A stretch of 64,000 nucleotides of DNA from Candidatus Sysuiplasma jiujiangense (GTDB lineage Archaea; Thermoplasmatota; Thermoplasmata; Sysuiplasmatales; Sysuiplasmataceae), in contig JAHEAD010000003.1 in the NCBI GenBank assembly GCA_019721075.1, forward strand, positions 62,001 through 126,000. Direction: 5' to 3'. Positions 50,101 to 59,769 of this stretch are shown here, one piece after another. Both the position numbers and the translations under genes were made by a program. Numbering within the stretch: position 1 is the stretch's first letter; each line of letters begins with the position of its first letter. The notes under the pieces were generated by a model. That model was given only the letters and a program-made list of their open reading frames with translations, had not been told where the DNA came from and made no database searches.

Positions 50101-51444
50101 GGAAAGCGAATCGTAACCGCCGGAGTCACCGGATGATGACAGTATCGTCGCGCCCATGCTGGTAAGCTCCATGAAATAGTTTTCGAGTGCTCTCGCACTC
50201 TGCCAGGAAGGACCGTAGAGGTTCCACCAGATATCTTCTGAACCACCCCAGCTGTTTGTTATCACGTTCGGAACGGGACTGAGGGTGGTGAGCTTCGCAT
50301 AAGCGCTGACCAGTGATGCAGTGCTCAGGGACGGGCCGTAGACCGCATCTATGTGAGCCTTGGGAGCCATCGTGCTTGAATACTCTATGTCCAGACTGAA
50401 CTCAAATGCACCGGCGCTCGTGAGAAGCGAGGATCCCGGTGAGGATGCGTTTCCGGTAGCTCCCGCCACAGGATAGGCTGTCAGCCTGCCGGGAATCTGG
50501 CTTGAATTACCGAAGACCATCCGGGAATAGTTTGCAATATCGGCCGGATTGTAACCACCTGCCATAACAACTGCAATTGTTGAGCCCTGCCCCATATCAC
50601 CAGCGGAGTACAGCGCCCGAGCCCCGTACGCCCTGGTCATTGTTGACGGATTGAGAAACTGCCACTGCCCCAGCGGAAAGGAGGAGTTTGTATAAAGATA
50701 ACCGGGGGAGGAGAAATTCACCGCATCCGACATGGATGCAAAGGAAACGGAGCCGGCAGCAGTCGAGTTTTGGCCGGCGGATGATGAAATGGAGTATGCC
50801 AGCGGTGCGCGGACAATATCTGTGTGCACCTTTACAATGCTGGTGATGCCGTTAACCGAGGCTATTGAGCCGGCAATGGGCGCAGGAAGATAGAGAGGGC
50901 CGGAATTGGCGTAAACGACTGTGCCGTTGGAAAGTTTGTAAAGGTCCATGTGTGTCCTGAAGGCGGATGAAACGGCTGAGGCAGTGGAAAGAAACGCGAG
51001 TGTCGTTGTTGTGCCCGTGGGTACAGGGACTAAACCCATCGACCGGAAATAGAGTTCTGTTTCATTGTATATTTGAGGCGCCGGGCCAAAAGATTTCTCA
51101 AACCCGTTAAGCGTCAGATAATGGTGGTACATCGGTGAGCCCGGGGTTTGCTGTTCAGATATGACGGCAGACAGTTCCACGGTGTCCCTTAAATTAAAAC
51201 TGACGGTGACATACATTGGCATTGAAGAGGGCGCCTGGCCAATCTCATGAGCGTGACCGAGCATTGGCAATTCGGTGCTTCCGGAAGACACGAACGGCCC
51301 GTTAATCAGCCGACTCAGTGCCGTCTGCTGGTCCAGCGGTCTGCCGCCGGCAAAAGTTCCCAGAATGTAGGAAAAGGAGGAAGTTACAACCAGAATTGAA
51401 GCTGTTATGACAATGAATAACCGGAAAAATTCCATCATCCTCAT
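47128..51444 (-). CDS. Membrane-anchored S53 (sedolisin/kumamolisin) serine peptidase with pro-domain and C-terminal Ig-like domains
   Basis: Signal peptide and pro-domain (PGSPMYHHYLT). Catalytic EFSLD, SSGDSG and GGTSFASP; Ca site WNPLDGWG; C-terminal TM helix with basic tail. Confidence 0.9.
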   Translation of the reverse strand: MRMMEFFRLFIVITASILVVTSSFSYILGTFAGGRPLDQQTALSRLINGPFVSSGSTELPMLGHAHEIGQAPSSMPMYVTVSFNLRDTVELSAVISEQQTPGSPMYHHYLTLNGFEKSFGPAPQIYNETELYFRSMGLVPVPTGTTTTLAFLSTASAVSSAFRTHMDLYKLSNGTVVYANSGPLYLPAPIAGSIASVNGITSIVKVHTDIVRAPLAYSISSSAGQNSTAAGSVSFASMSDAVNFSSPGYLYTNSSFPLGQWQFLNPSTMTRAYGARALYSAGDMGQGSTIAVVMAGGYNPADIANYSRMVFGNSSQIPGRLTAYPVAGATGNASSPGSSLLTSAGAFEFSLDIEYSSTMAPKAHIDAVYGPSLSTASLVSAYAKLTTLSPVPNVITNSWGGSEDIWWNLYGPSWQSARALENYFMELTSMGATILSSSGDSGGYDSLSGLLSVSFPASSPYVVAVGGVGTAVGNMTGIQFPASPQYVVNQTVAPYGYSEINSYPVWFPDYPLNGSSAGNAISESYWYTPSSSGQPDYASGGTGLSYWFLQPWWQHGIGVPDSGRRMVPDISAEANFNETVYFDGAWNFFWGGTSFASPTVAGEIALLDTYLNMTIGPTTGRTGFYLGLAQPLLYRIGNDPYLPYAPYTQIGPAGNLWDQYAISKNFGWPGGQNWTSDFQGAGKNWNPLDGWGVPEASNLAFDAELLLNSKSTSDRLAAELNGQPLTVLQGGRNYNLTLINTTTGSTVAGATVNLTFTGSGGITESSLVTTGVRGNFSFNATSKHGYLSLYSNATGIGSGFQFLWISRPNLTSGQLTVSVVGESSVMGGFDFFNGFMDSASPALGSLMPNTVAVRVMYRAGPSSPDLPVYNALVTASSPYDPVSSPPFYANANYTSYGALNYTQKRSLSFTNISGIAYVETWNVLSNENYTVSASYLGLSNSTVLTVTPHFDIQTLNAFSSMYSTLYGGLKGYVGSGANSTMMAPSVASPGVSYPLFVRVTYWNGTAAAFVHVDIAVPNLVSPPFSPVSIAGTQTTTDAFGIAELTVNYQISSLAQPYGILLIQAFNSSYSSEYVTTAAGSIPFLTNDSNAALLLVQGVTGAVLTGIRLSSGAVLSTSYIGTKNALGALYVSTPVVSPFMRYNNITNLSYRIDNRSQVSVPLPATGQESFYWSFPLDGLPAGEHNLTVDFNDSFGFSYSVYGVFYVIGNGTDPAPGVSFVSPSSGSYVSGQTTIDFSVTQSHYLLSELLAVNQFTYDVMGLRAFTFNASSFGYGPLSITLTAVNYNGASSQRSITLYAAPHPVPSAHITSPSEGERFNSTGSVTVGLSFSGEYLSGETLQITGPSGKLLFNVTGKYSLTVGKLSSGTYHLLYTVKSSDGSNATSSVAFVIVSTPSQTAASNLTAVSPLAGVIAALTFIAGVLIGLFFEKSRRGRHPPRP

Positions 51445-51714
51445 TTCAATCTTCCATTAATCGCTGCACATATCGCCCGGCAGCATAGAAACACAAATTC
51501 AGTATATGCTTATGTCGAACAGACATTGCCTGCCTGAACACCTGCCATTGTTTATCAATATGGCCATTTAGCATGGTGAAGCAGCTATTTAAGTGAATTA
51601 TCACGGCAGACTGATGTGTGCCCGTCGCCCTGAATACTTGTCGGCGGAGGATGCAGGAGGTCTGCATTTTCCATCAGAAAGATTAATGACGGTCGAAGCG
51701 TAAGGCTGATCATA

Positions 51715-52413
51715 ATGTCGTTCATTGAGGTTGATACAGAAAGCTGTACAGAAAATTCCGTTTTGACCGGGAATGCGGAAGGCCAAAGGGGAATGGCTCT
51801 CATATCCGGAGGCATAGACTCTCCGGTCGCATCCTGGATCATGCTGAGAAGCGGCAAAACCCTGGATTTTGTGCACTTCCACAGCTACCCTTTTTCATGC
51901 TCTGCTTCAATAGAGAAAGCAAAAGATCTCTTTCTTTCCATCGGTAAGAAAGGGCAGTGCCGTCTCTATATGGTTCCATTCCTTCCTCTCCAGGAAGCAG
52001 TGCTGAGAAACATTCCCAACAGGCTGAGAATCGTCGTATACAGGAGGGCGATGGCGATGATAGCTGAAAGGATTGCATCCGCGAACGGTTCCTCATTTCT
52101 TGTTACAGGTGACAGTCTCGGCCAGGTTTCATCCCAGACACTGCAGAATCTTGCGACTGTAGATCAGGCTGTTTCGATGCCCATAATCAGGCCGCTGATA
52201 GGTTTCGACAAGACGGAAATCATTGAAATCGCCAAGAGTATAGGAACATACGATATCTCGATCAGGCCTCATGAGGACTGCTGCACCCTCTTTTCCTCCG
52301 GCAACCCCGCTACGAAAACATCCCCTGGCCAGGTTGAGGCTGAAGAGAAGAGAATGGGCATTGAGAAACTGGTTGAAGAGTGCCTGGGAAAAGCGGAACT
52401 CGCCGATTTCTGA
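51715..52413 (+). CDS. thiI: ThiI-like PP-loop sulfurtransferase, catalytic domain only
   Basis: SGGIDSPVA, TGDSLGQVSSQTLQNL, RPLIGFDKTEII, EDCC. No NFLD/THUMP domains. Confidence 0.8.
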   Translation: MSFIEVDTESCTENSVLTGNAEGQRGMALISGGIDSPVASWIMLRSGKTLDFVHFHSYPFSCSASIEKAKDLFLSIGKKGQCRLYMVPFLPLQEAVLRNIPNRLRIVVYRRAMAMIAERIASANGSSFLVTGDSLGQVSSQTLQNLATVDQAVSMPIIRPLIGFDKTEIIEIAKSIGTYDISIRPHEDCCTLFSSGNPATKTSPGQVEAEEKRMGIEKLVEECLGKAELADF

Positions 52414-52477
52414 TAAGGCGACAGGCAGACAGCGTCCCTGTGCATCAAAGATATAGTGCTTCTGAGAATCCTCGGGC

Positions 52478-53221
52478 ATGGAAGAGAAGAAAACGGCTGT
52501 TGTCACAGGTGCTTCGAGAGGGATAGGGAAGGCGGTAGCACTGGCGCTTGCGGGCGCGGGTTACAACCTTTGCCTCAATGCATTCTCTGACAGGGAGGAA
52601 CTGGGCAGGGTGGCCGGACAGGCCCATCGTGCATCGACTGAAGTTATGTACAGGACAGGGGATATTTCAGATGAGGAATTTGTAAGATCATTTTTCCGGC
52701 AGGTGGACGAAAAGTTCGGAGGGACGGACATACTGGTAAACAATGCGGGAATTTACATCCGGAAATCGGTTCTGGAACTGGATCTGCAGGATTGGAAGAA
52801 AACGATAGACGTCAATCTTACAGGCGCGTTTCTCTGCTCGAAAGCATCCATTCCGCATATGATCGAGAGGAGATGGGGAAGGATAATCAACATCTCCTCA
52901 CAGCTTGCGGTAAAGGGATCGAGGCATGGCGCTCATTATGCCGCTTCAAAAGCGGGACTGCTGGGGCTTACGAAGTCCATGGCGATAGAACTGGGGGAAT
53001 ACGGAATTAACGTTAACGCGATTCTCCCGGGGACCATAAGGACAAGAATACTGGAACATTACAGCGAGAAGGAACTGCAGGACATGGCTTCAGCCGTTCC
53101 CCTGAAGCGCATCGGAACACCTGAAGATGTCGCAGGTGCGGTCCTTTTCCTTGCCTCTGCGCAAGCCTCGTACATAAGCGGTGCATCAATCAACGTTTCC
53201 GGGGGCCTGCTGATCTGCTGA
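52478..53221 (+). CDS. SDR family oxidoreductase (FabG-like)
   Basis: TGASRGIG, NNAG, YAASK, PGTIRT. Confidence 0.9.
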   Translation: MEEKKTAVVTGASRGIGKAVALALAGAGYNLCLNAFSDREELGRVAGQAHRASTEVMYRTGDISDEEFVRSFFRQVDEKFGGTDILVNNAGIYIRKSVLELDLQDWKKTIDVNLTGAFLCSKASIPHMIERRWGRIINISSQLAVKGSRHGAHYAASKAGLLGLTKSMAIELGEYGINVNAILPGTIRTRILEHYSEKELQDMASAVPLKRIGTPEDVAGAVLFLASAQASYISGASINVSGGLLIC

Positions 53222-53223
53222 GG

Positions 53224-55065
53224 CTAAGTCGAGAAATCCACCCTTTTTGACAGCTCGCGCGGGACGTATGGCGGACGCTTCGGATAGCCCGCAGTTCTCG
53301 ATTCAGCCTCATTCGCGAGTTCGTCAAAGGTCATATCCCTGTTGGCGTCCGTCTGCCTGTCGTATACCTTCAGCACTTCGGACGAAAGCTCCCTGTCTCC
53401 GATAACGATGACATAGCCGGCCCATTCCTGTTTGGCTTCCCTGACCTTCTTGGAAATCGTCAGATCCCTGTCGTCTATTCCCGTCCTGAAGCCCAGCCCG
53501 GTCAGTCTCTCAGCTATGTCCCGTGACTTCGGAAGGTGCTTTTCGGAGATGGGCAGGATACGGAACTGCTCAGGCGTGAACCAGAGAGGGAGATAGCCGG
53601 GCTTGCCTGATTCCGATGCCCTGCCGATAGCACGGTCGAACATGGCATACATGAAGCGTTCGATTGTTCCCACTATTGCAGTGTGAAGTATAATCGGATA
53701 GTTTTTCTTTCCGTCCGCGTCAACATATGTTATATTGAAGCGTCTGGCGTTGCCCGTATCTATCTGCACCGTGCCGATTTCCCTGGCTCTTCCCATCTGG
53801 TCAAGGAGGTGATATTCAAGATTTACAGTCCAGTAGAAATTTGCACCTTCAGGATAGACATGAACGAGACAGTCCTTCCCCCTTTCATTTAACAGCGCAA
53901 GGATGAACTCCCTGTTGTCCTCGAATGCTTTCATGGAAGACACATTTACAAGCATCTCGTAATCTGTGCCGATCTTTCCAATCTCCGCATATATCCTTTC
54001 ATGTATCCTCCTGAACCACTCATATGCTTCATCCATGTTTCTGCATAAAACGTGCAGATCCGGCATATTGAGCCTGCGCAGTCTGAAGAGAAGCATGGTC
54101 TCACCGGACTGCTCGTACCTGTAGGCATCCGCGATCTCGAATGCGGCAACAGGCATCTGCCTGTAGCTGATATTCCACCCGCTCATCATTGAGAACTGCT
54201 GGTGGCATGCTGCGTATCGCAGCACATATTCCCTGTTATCCGATTCAAGGGTATACAGGCGATCGCCGAAAAGCTGTGCGTGCTCCCTGACAGCCGGCTC
54301 GGCGAGATTGAACATGTTCGTTCCCCTTACTGAGAAAACGGAAAGGCCCAAATCTGTAACAACCTGCCGCGCATAATCCATGCTGATATCAAACATCAGG
54401 GCTGCATTGGGATGATATACCTCATGTCCCACGTCGCTCATTCTTTCCCATTCAATGCCGAATTTCCTGCAAAGTTTCAGGTATTCGGGGGAAGAACTGA
54501 TGCCCACCTGCTCTTTCATTGCCTCCTTCCGGACCATAGACATAAAACACCTGTTGTCTGATCTGTAATCGGCCGGATCAACCCTGCTGCCATCCCTGAG
54601 GAGAACGAAATATCTGTCGCTTCCTTTCTTTGCTGCCACCGCATTCCCGGCAACGACAGTGCGGGATAATTCCGATAGCGGATGACCCTTGCATGCGATG
54701 GTAAACGACTTGTACCAGCCGAAGGGAGCCCTTGATGATTCATATTTCGCCTCGACCGCCCGCTCAAAGGAGTCCAGTATTTTCACGGCCTCTTCCGGAG
54801 GGGCGAGCGATGAAGAAAGATGAGCATACGGATAAATGAGAATTTTAGATGCATTGACCGAGCGAGCGACATCGAAAACCTCTCCGGCCGCCTTGCCTGC
54901 AATATCTTCCCCTTTCCCTACGTCTTCACGTTCAACAGCGGTAAAACAGACAAGAAGATCATGGGCATCATACTTTTTTTTGTCGTCACCGATATCCTCA
55001 GCGGCCTTCGTCCTGCTCTTTACCTCGTAGCTCATTCTGTCGGCATGTATGAAAAGCAGTTTCAA
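53224..55065 (-). CDS. thrS: Threonine--tRNA ligase, archaeal type with N-terminal editing domain
   Basis: TTG start (LKLLFIHAD). Editing motifs YPYAHLS, APFGWYK and CKGHPLSELSR; catalytic RYAACHQQF, YRYEQSGE, ILHTAIVGTIER. Confidence 0.95.
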   Translation of the reverse strand: MKLLFIHADRMSYEVKSRTKAAEDIGDDKKKYDAHDLLVCFTAVEREDVGKGEDIAGKAAGEVFDVARSVNASKILIYPYAHLSSSLAPPEEAVKILDSFERAVEAKYESSRAPFGWYKSFTIACKGHPLSELSRTVVAGNAVAAKKGSDRYFVLLRDGSRVDPADYRSDNRCFMSMVRKEAMKEQVGISSSPEYLKLCRKFGIEWERMSDVGHEVYHPNAALMFDISMDYARQVVTDLGLSVFSVRGTNMFNLAEPAVREHAQLFGDRLYTLESDNREYVLRYAACHQQFSMMSGWNISYRQMPVAAFEIADAYRYEQSGETMLLFRLRRLNMPDLHVLCRNMDEAYEWFRRIHERIYAEIGKIGTDYEMLVNVSSMKAFEDNREFILALLNERGKDCLVHVYPEGANFYWTVNLEYHLLDQMGRAREIGTVQIDTGNARRFNITYVDADGKKNYPIILHTAIVGTIERFMYAMFDRAIGRASESGKPGYLPLWFTPEQFRILPISEKHLPKSRDIAERLTGLGFRTGIDDRDLTISKKVREAKQEWAGYVIVIGDRELSSEVLKVYDRQTDANRDMTFDELANEAESRTAGYPKRPPYVPRELSKRVDFST

Positions 55066-55320
55066 CTCACTCAACCTGCACACGCTAGGATGAGTGTCAT
55101 TAAAATTCTTTGTATTTCAGGCGTCTGCTTTTCAGCCCCGCCGGATACGGAAGCACTGGAAACATGATCACATTGCATCTGAGATCGCATGGTATCTGAA
55201 ATGCACGAGGCTAGCGGGCCGCGTGGAAAGAAATTCAGGCGTATCCCCGTCTCCTGCACGTTCTTCGCTGCATCGACTGAACCGTTGCGCCATACAGGTG
55301 AACAGGAATGGATCTGCCTG

Positions 55321-56268
55321 TCAGAGCTCAGCCCCAATGGAAAGAACGGAGGTTATATCCTTGAACCTGTTTCTCAGTGTCACTTCCGTAACGCCGGAAA
55401 CTGTTGCAATTTCCTCCTGAGTCCTTTTCCTGCCGCAAAGTATAGCGGAAATGTAAATGGCGGCTGCTGCAATCCCCGTAGGACCCTTTCCTACCGTAGA
55501 CGAGCCTGCCTCCATGTTCTTGAGCAGTTCAAGCGCCTTCGCTTCCACATCCGTTCCAAGGCTGAGTTCGCTGCAGAACCTCGATATATAGTCCTGTGGT
55601 GTCGTGGGCAGCAGTGACAGTTTCAGTTCCCTGACGAGTGTCCTGTAATTTCTGCCTATTTCCTTCCTGCCTACGCGGCTGGCACGCGCCACTTCCTCGA
55701 TGGCCCTCGGAAAATTCAGCTGCCTTGCCGCCGCATATATGGAGGCTGCGACAACGCCTTCAATACTTCTGCCGCGTATAAGATCCCTGGAGGCTGCCTT
55801 CCTGTATATTACGGCTGACTCCTCCCTTACGTTCTTTGGCAGCCCCATATTCGAACTTATCCGTTCTATAGAGCCAAGTGCCACCATGAGATTCCTTTCG
55901 ACCGCATTGGCTGCCCTAAGTCTCTTCTGCCACTTCCTCATCCTGTACAGCTGAGGCTTGTTTCTTGCAGGCACGCTTTTTCCGTATATATCGACGTTCT
56001 TCCAGGATATCTCGGTCGACAGTCCCTTGTCATGGACTGTATAGGTGATGGGCGCACCTGTTCGCGCCCTCTTTTCATTCTGCTCTGCATCGAAACCGCG
56101 CCATTCCTGGCCCGGATCAATCAGATTCTCGCTGATTACGAGTCCGCAGTCCGCACATACAAGCTCACCCCTTTCATAATCCTCTTCCAGATGCGAACTG
56201 TTACACTCGGGACAAAGTTCTATCTCGTCAACCTCTATCTTTTGTTTTGCTTTGTTAACCGCGGTCAT
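55321..56268 (-). CDS. tfb: Transcription initiation factor IIB
   Basis: Zn ribbon CPEC...CADC, IDPGQEWRGF, HDKGLST, RGRSIEG, GVTEVTLRNR. Confidence 0.97.
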   Translation of the reverse strand: MTAVNKAKQKIEVDEIELCPECNSSHLEEDYERGELVCADCGLVISENLIDPGQEWRGFDAEQNEKRARTGAPITYTVHDKGLSTEISWKNVDIYGKSVPARNKPQLYRMRKWQKRLRAANAVERNLMVALGSIERISSNMGLPKNVREESAVIYRKAASRDLIRGRSIEGVVAASIYAAARQLNFPRAIEEVARASRVGRKEIGRNYRTLVRELKLSLLPTTPQDYISRFCSELSLGTDVEAKALELLKNMEAGSSTVGKGPTGIAAAAIYISAILCGRKRTQEEIATVSGVTEVTLRNRFKDITSVLSIGAEL

Positions 56269-56628
56269 TGTATCACATTCCTTCAGGCAGTGTACGGTGG
56301 GAATGCTAACCGCTTTGTGGAATTTTCGCTCACTGGAATACAGGCCTCCTGGCCAATCCCGTGAAACCTCCGATCCTTTTTACGACCACCATATTCTGTC
56401 TTTTTCTGATGTTTGTAGGTTTTGAAACTATATAATATTTTTGTGATTTAAGAATACTAAAAGTTTAAAAATATAATTAATAGCACGCGACAACAATTTG
56501 TGTCATACTCGCTTTAGTAATGGTGGCAGTCGAAAAAACCGTGCGAAAAACCGTGCATCACAGGTCCTGTAGACAGTACTGGCGATAATGTTAACTCTAA
56601 ATCGCCCGTTCACGCAGTCGGTGAAAGC

Positions 56629-57180
56629 ATGCGGGTCTTCATAGCGGTGGATGTTGAAGACAGGAGCTCATTCGGACTCCTTCTCAACAATCCGTTTTTC
56701 GGTTCCAGATGTGTCAGGAGGGTTCGGCCGGCAAACCTGCATTACACGCTCGCATTCATCGGTGAAATTGAGGACTCCGTAATACAGTCAATTTCAGACA
56801 TGCTTGACAGTATCTGCAGATCACACGGTTCATTCGATGTCACTTATTCCGGCCTGGGCATATTCGGCACGACGGAAAGACCCAGGGTTCTGTGGTCCGG
56901 CGTTGCGGATATGGGGGAAAATGCGGCAATAGGCAGCGAAATAGCATCCTCACTTGCCCGGATGGAAGTTGGATTTGACAGCCGGGACCTGAAACCACAT
57001 GTCACTCTTGCAAGGTTCTCATGCGTCCCCGACAGGGAAGCGCTGCAATTGCTTCTTTCGGAGTACGGAGGGAAGGAATTTGTTAGAGAACGGGTGAGAA
57101 AGATATCGATTAAAAGGAGCGTGCCCGGGAAGTACGGAGCGGAGTACGAAACACTGCATGAGTCGTTTCTTGGATTATGA
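56629..57180 (+). CDS. thpR: RNA 2',3'-cyclic phosphodiesterase (2H family)
   Basis: MRVFIAVD and two HxT motifs (LHYTLAF, PHVTLAR), RPRVLW. Confidence 0.9.
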   Translation: MRVFIAVDVEDRSSFGLLLNNPFFGSRCVRRVRPANLHYTLAFIGEIEDSVIQSISDMLDSICRSHGSFDVTYSGLGIFGTTERPRVLWSGVADMGENAAIGSEIASSLARMEVGFDSRDLKPHVTLARFSCVPDREALQLLLSEYGGKEFVRERVRKISIKRSVPGKYGAEYETLHESFLGL

Positions 57181-57193
57181 ATATTGGCGGCAG

Positions 57194-57565
57194 TTAGAGA
57201 TTCTTCGCAAACTGATCCCATTCCACCGTGTTCTTTATTCCCTTCTTCTGAAGCATTTTGCTCAATCTTTCGGTAACCCGGACAATTTCGGTGCTGGAGG
57301 AGTTTCCGGAAATATACATTTCCTTTCTGCCTATGGGAAACAGCAGACGCATCCTTCCCTTTCTGTTGTAACCTTCGGGTTTCCTGTTCGCCCGCAAATC
57401 CGTCATGTTTATTTCGATGAACATGGAGAGTATTTCCTTCTCCTCCGGCATCTGATCACTCTCCTGAAGGAAAACAGTCATAAGTTCAGGAAAGATGTCC
57501 TTCAGCTGCCTGTATCTGAAGCCTGAACTGAATATTATGTGCCCTGTTTCTGCTTTCACGGTCAC
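57194..57565 (-). CDS. Hypothetical protein
   Basis: 123-aa ORF with a GTG start after AGGA, filling the gap. No family recognised. Confidence 0.6.
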   Translation of the reverse strand: MTVKAETGHIIFSSGFRYRQLKDIFPELMTVFLQESDQMPEEKEILSMFIEINMTDLRANRKPEGYNRKGRMRLLFPIGRKEMYISGNSSSTEIVRVTERLSKMLQKKGIKNTVEWDQFAKNL

Positions 57566-58014
57566 TCCTATCGAAGATCTGGATATAATCCCTTCGTAAT
57601 CCGCTGCAACCTGCGGCAGCGGTAAAATTCAAACACGGTAACTGCCGGGCGCGATTTCGGCACCCAAATTCCTCCCGAACTCTGGTGCAGAAAATGAAGG
57701 TTTTTCCGGCAGATAAAATGCACATATGTGTACAATGACTCATCCTCATGTGCAATCGACAGTTTAAAATACCCGTCAGCGAAATGCTTCGGTGCCTATA
57801 AAGACAAATTCAAACTGGAACAGAGGGCGGGATTTGTCAATGCAGGGAAAGTGTTTCCGTCAGTTCATCGATATGATTGAACTGCCGGATTGAACAAGCC
57901 GTTTGCGGTTGGAAATGAAAAGCAGCATGGAAGTGTAAGCCTGATGACCATAAATCGGACCGATTGCATGCGAAAAATACCCCTGCCTGACACGGACGCC
58001 GGGTGGCGGTTCCG

Positions 58015-59172
58015 ATGAAGATCGCAATGTTCACCGACTCCTACTACCCCACGGTAGACGGAGTGGTCAACTCGGTTTCCATAGTGTCCAGGGAGCTTGA
58101 GAAAATAGGACACGAAGTGATGATTTTCGCACCTGAATCGGCAGATGGACAGAAGGTTGACGACATTACAAGAGGTGGGACTTTTCTGTTCAAGTCGTTC
58201 AAATTCAGGCATTATCCGCAGTACAGGACTGCATTTCTTCCTTCAAAGAAAACCAGGATGGTGAGGGAACTTGGTGTGGACATCATACACACCCATGGAA
58301 TCACGACAGTGGGCCTGAAGGGCCTGAGGGCAGCAAAACAGTTTGATGTCCCGGTTGCGACCACATACCATACAATGGTCCATGAGGCAATGAATTACTA
58401 CAAACCCGTTCCGGTCCCAACAAGCATTATTGTCAATCTTGCGGTCCGTTACATGCGCTTCTTCCTGACAAAGGCAAATGCCGTCGTTGCGCCGACCAGA
58501 TCGATCCTGGAGGAGCTCGTCAAGATCGCCCCGAGGATGCCGTATGCTACCGTAATACCGACGGGCGTGGACACCAGGCGTTTCTATCCGTCAATGAAGG
58601 GGGACAACGTCAGAGAACGGTATGGCATCGGTGATAATCCCCTGCTGCTTTATGTCGGAAGGGTTGCTTACGAAAAGAATATAGACTCCATAATCAGGAA
58701 TATACCCGGCATCAGGGACAGGAATCTGAAAATGCTGATAGTCGGCGAGGGGCCGGCACGAAGGGAACTTGAATTGCTCGTGCGTTCACTTAATCTGCAG
58801 GACAGGGTGATATTCACCGGTTTCGTTCCTGACGACGAGCTGATCGACTACTACTCGGCTGCGGATGCCTTTGTTTCCGCCTCCAAATTCGAAACGCAGG
58901 GAATTTCAATGCTCGAGGCAATGTCATGCGGCAAGCCCGTGGTCAGCATAAATTTCAGGGCATCGGCTGATTTCATAGTCAGCGGTGTCAACGGTTTCCT
59001 CTATGACGATGACAGGGGCAATATGGCCGAAACCATCATGAAGGCGATTCATGCGGATCCCCACATCTCCAGAAACGCGAGAAGAACTGCAGAAATATAC
59101 TCAAAGGAGAACTGCGCAAGATCGCTGAGTCAGCTGTATTCGAAACTGGTTAGAATGGATCTGTCCAGGTGA
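58015..59172 (+). CDS. Glycosyltransferase family 4
   Basis: MKIAMFTDSYYPTVDGV, YVGRVAYEKN, ETQGISMLEAM. Confidence 0.92.
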   Translation: MKIAMFTDSYYPTVDGVVNSVSIVSRELEKIGHEVMIFAPESADGQKVDDITRGGTFLFKSFKFRHYPQYRTAFLPSKKTRMVRELGVDIIHTHGITTVGLKGLRAAKQFDVPVATTYHTMVHEAMNYYKPVPVPTSIIVNLAVRYMRFFLTKANAVVAPTRSILEELVKIAPRMPYATVIPTGVDTRRFYPSMKGDNVRERYGIGDNPLLLYVGRVAYEKNIDSIIRNIPGIRDRNLKMLIVGEGPARRELELLVRSLNLQDRVIFTGFVPDDELIDYYSAADAFVSASKFETQGISMLEAMSCGKPVVSINFRASADFIVSGVNGFLYDDDRGNMAETIMKAIHADPHISRNARRTAEIYSKENCARSLSQLYSKLVRMDLSR

Positions 59173-59768
59173 TCCGCACGATCACCGTCGGGCAGTTTGT
59201 TTATGCCTTTTTCAGGCCGTACGGAGAATCAGGCCTTCTGCTCGCTCTGTTCGTCATATTCTATCTCGATGCCACATTCTTTCCCACACTGCCCGAGCTG
59301 TTCACCGTTATAATATTCCTGGCCATGCCGAAACCGGAGTTCGGCCTGCTTATGCTGGTCACAATCAGCATTGCAGAATTTTCCGGTATTACCAGTCTCT
59401 ATTTTATCGTGAAATATTACGATCTTCCTAACTGGATAAAAAACAAGATGGTTTCATATTCGAAACTGTTTATCGTGAAAGATGAAAAGGTCATTCTGCT
59501 CAACCGCATTGCCCCGGTAATACCGTTTCTCGGTGCATTCATAGCGACATGCAGGTGGCCCTACGCAAAGAGCATATTTTACAATTTTCTGGGTGGATTG
59601 AGCAAGTATCTTCTGATAATACTGCTCGCCACGCTGCTCCTGAGCGTATTTTCCAACCAGCTGGAGGCTGAGCTCATAACACTTGCTGCAATCGGCACAG
59701 TCATAGGAATAAGCGCATACCTATCGTCAAGGGAGAGAAAAAAACTCGGAGTGAAGGCTGGGTTCTGA
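59169..59768 (+). CDS. Membrane protein (DedA/VTT-like)
   Basis: Multiple TM segments, FPTLPELF, LNRIAPVIPF. Sits between two GT4 genes. Confidence 0.65.
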   Translation: MIRTITVGQFVYAFFRPYGESGLLLALFVIFYLDATFFPTLPELFTVIIFLAMPKPEFGLLMLVTISIAEFSGITSLYFIVKYYDLPNWIKNKMVSYSKLFIVKDEKVILLNRIAPVIPFLGAFIATCRWPYAKSIFYNFLGGLSKYLLIILLATLLLSVFSNQLEAELITLAAIGTVIGISAYLSSRERKKLGVKAGF

Positions 59769-59769
59769 G

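Noticed and set aside
57570..58010. Small ORFs and hairpins between the hypothetical gene and the GT4 operon
   Set aside because: Only isolated short hairpins (e.g. CCGCTGC/GCAGCGG) and ORFs without supporting signals.
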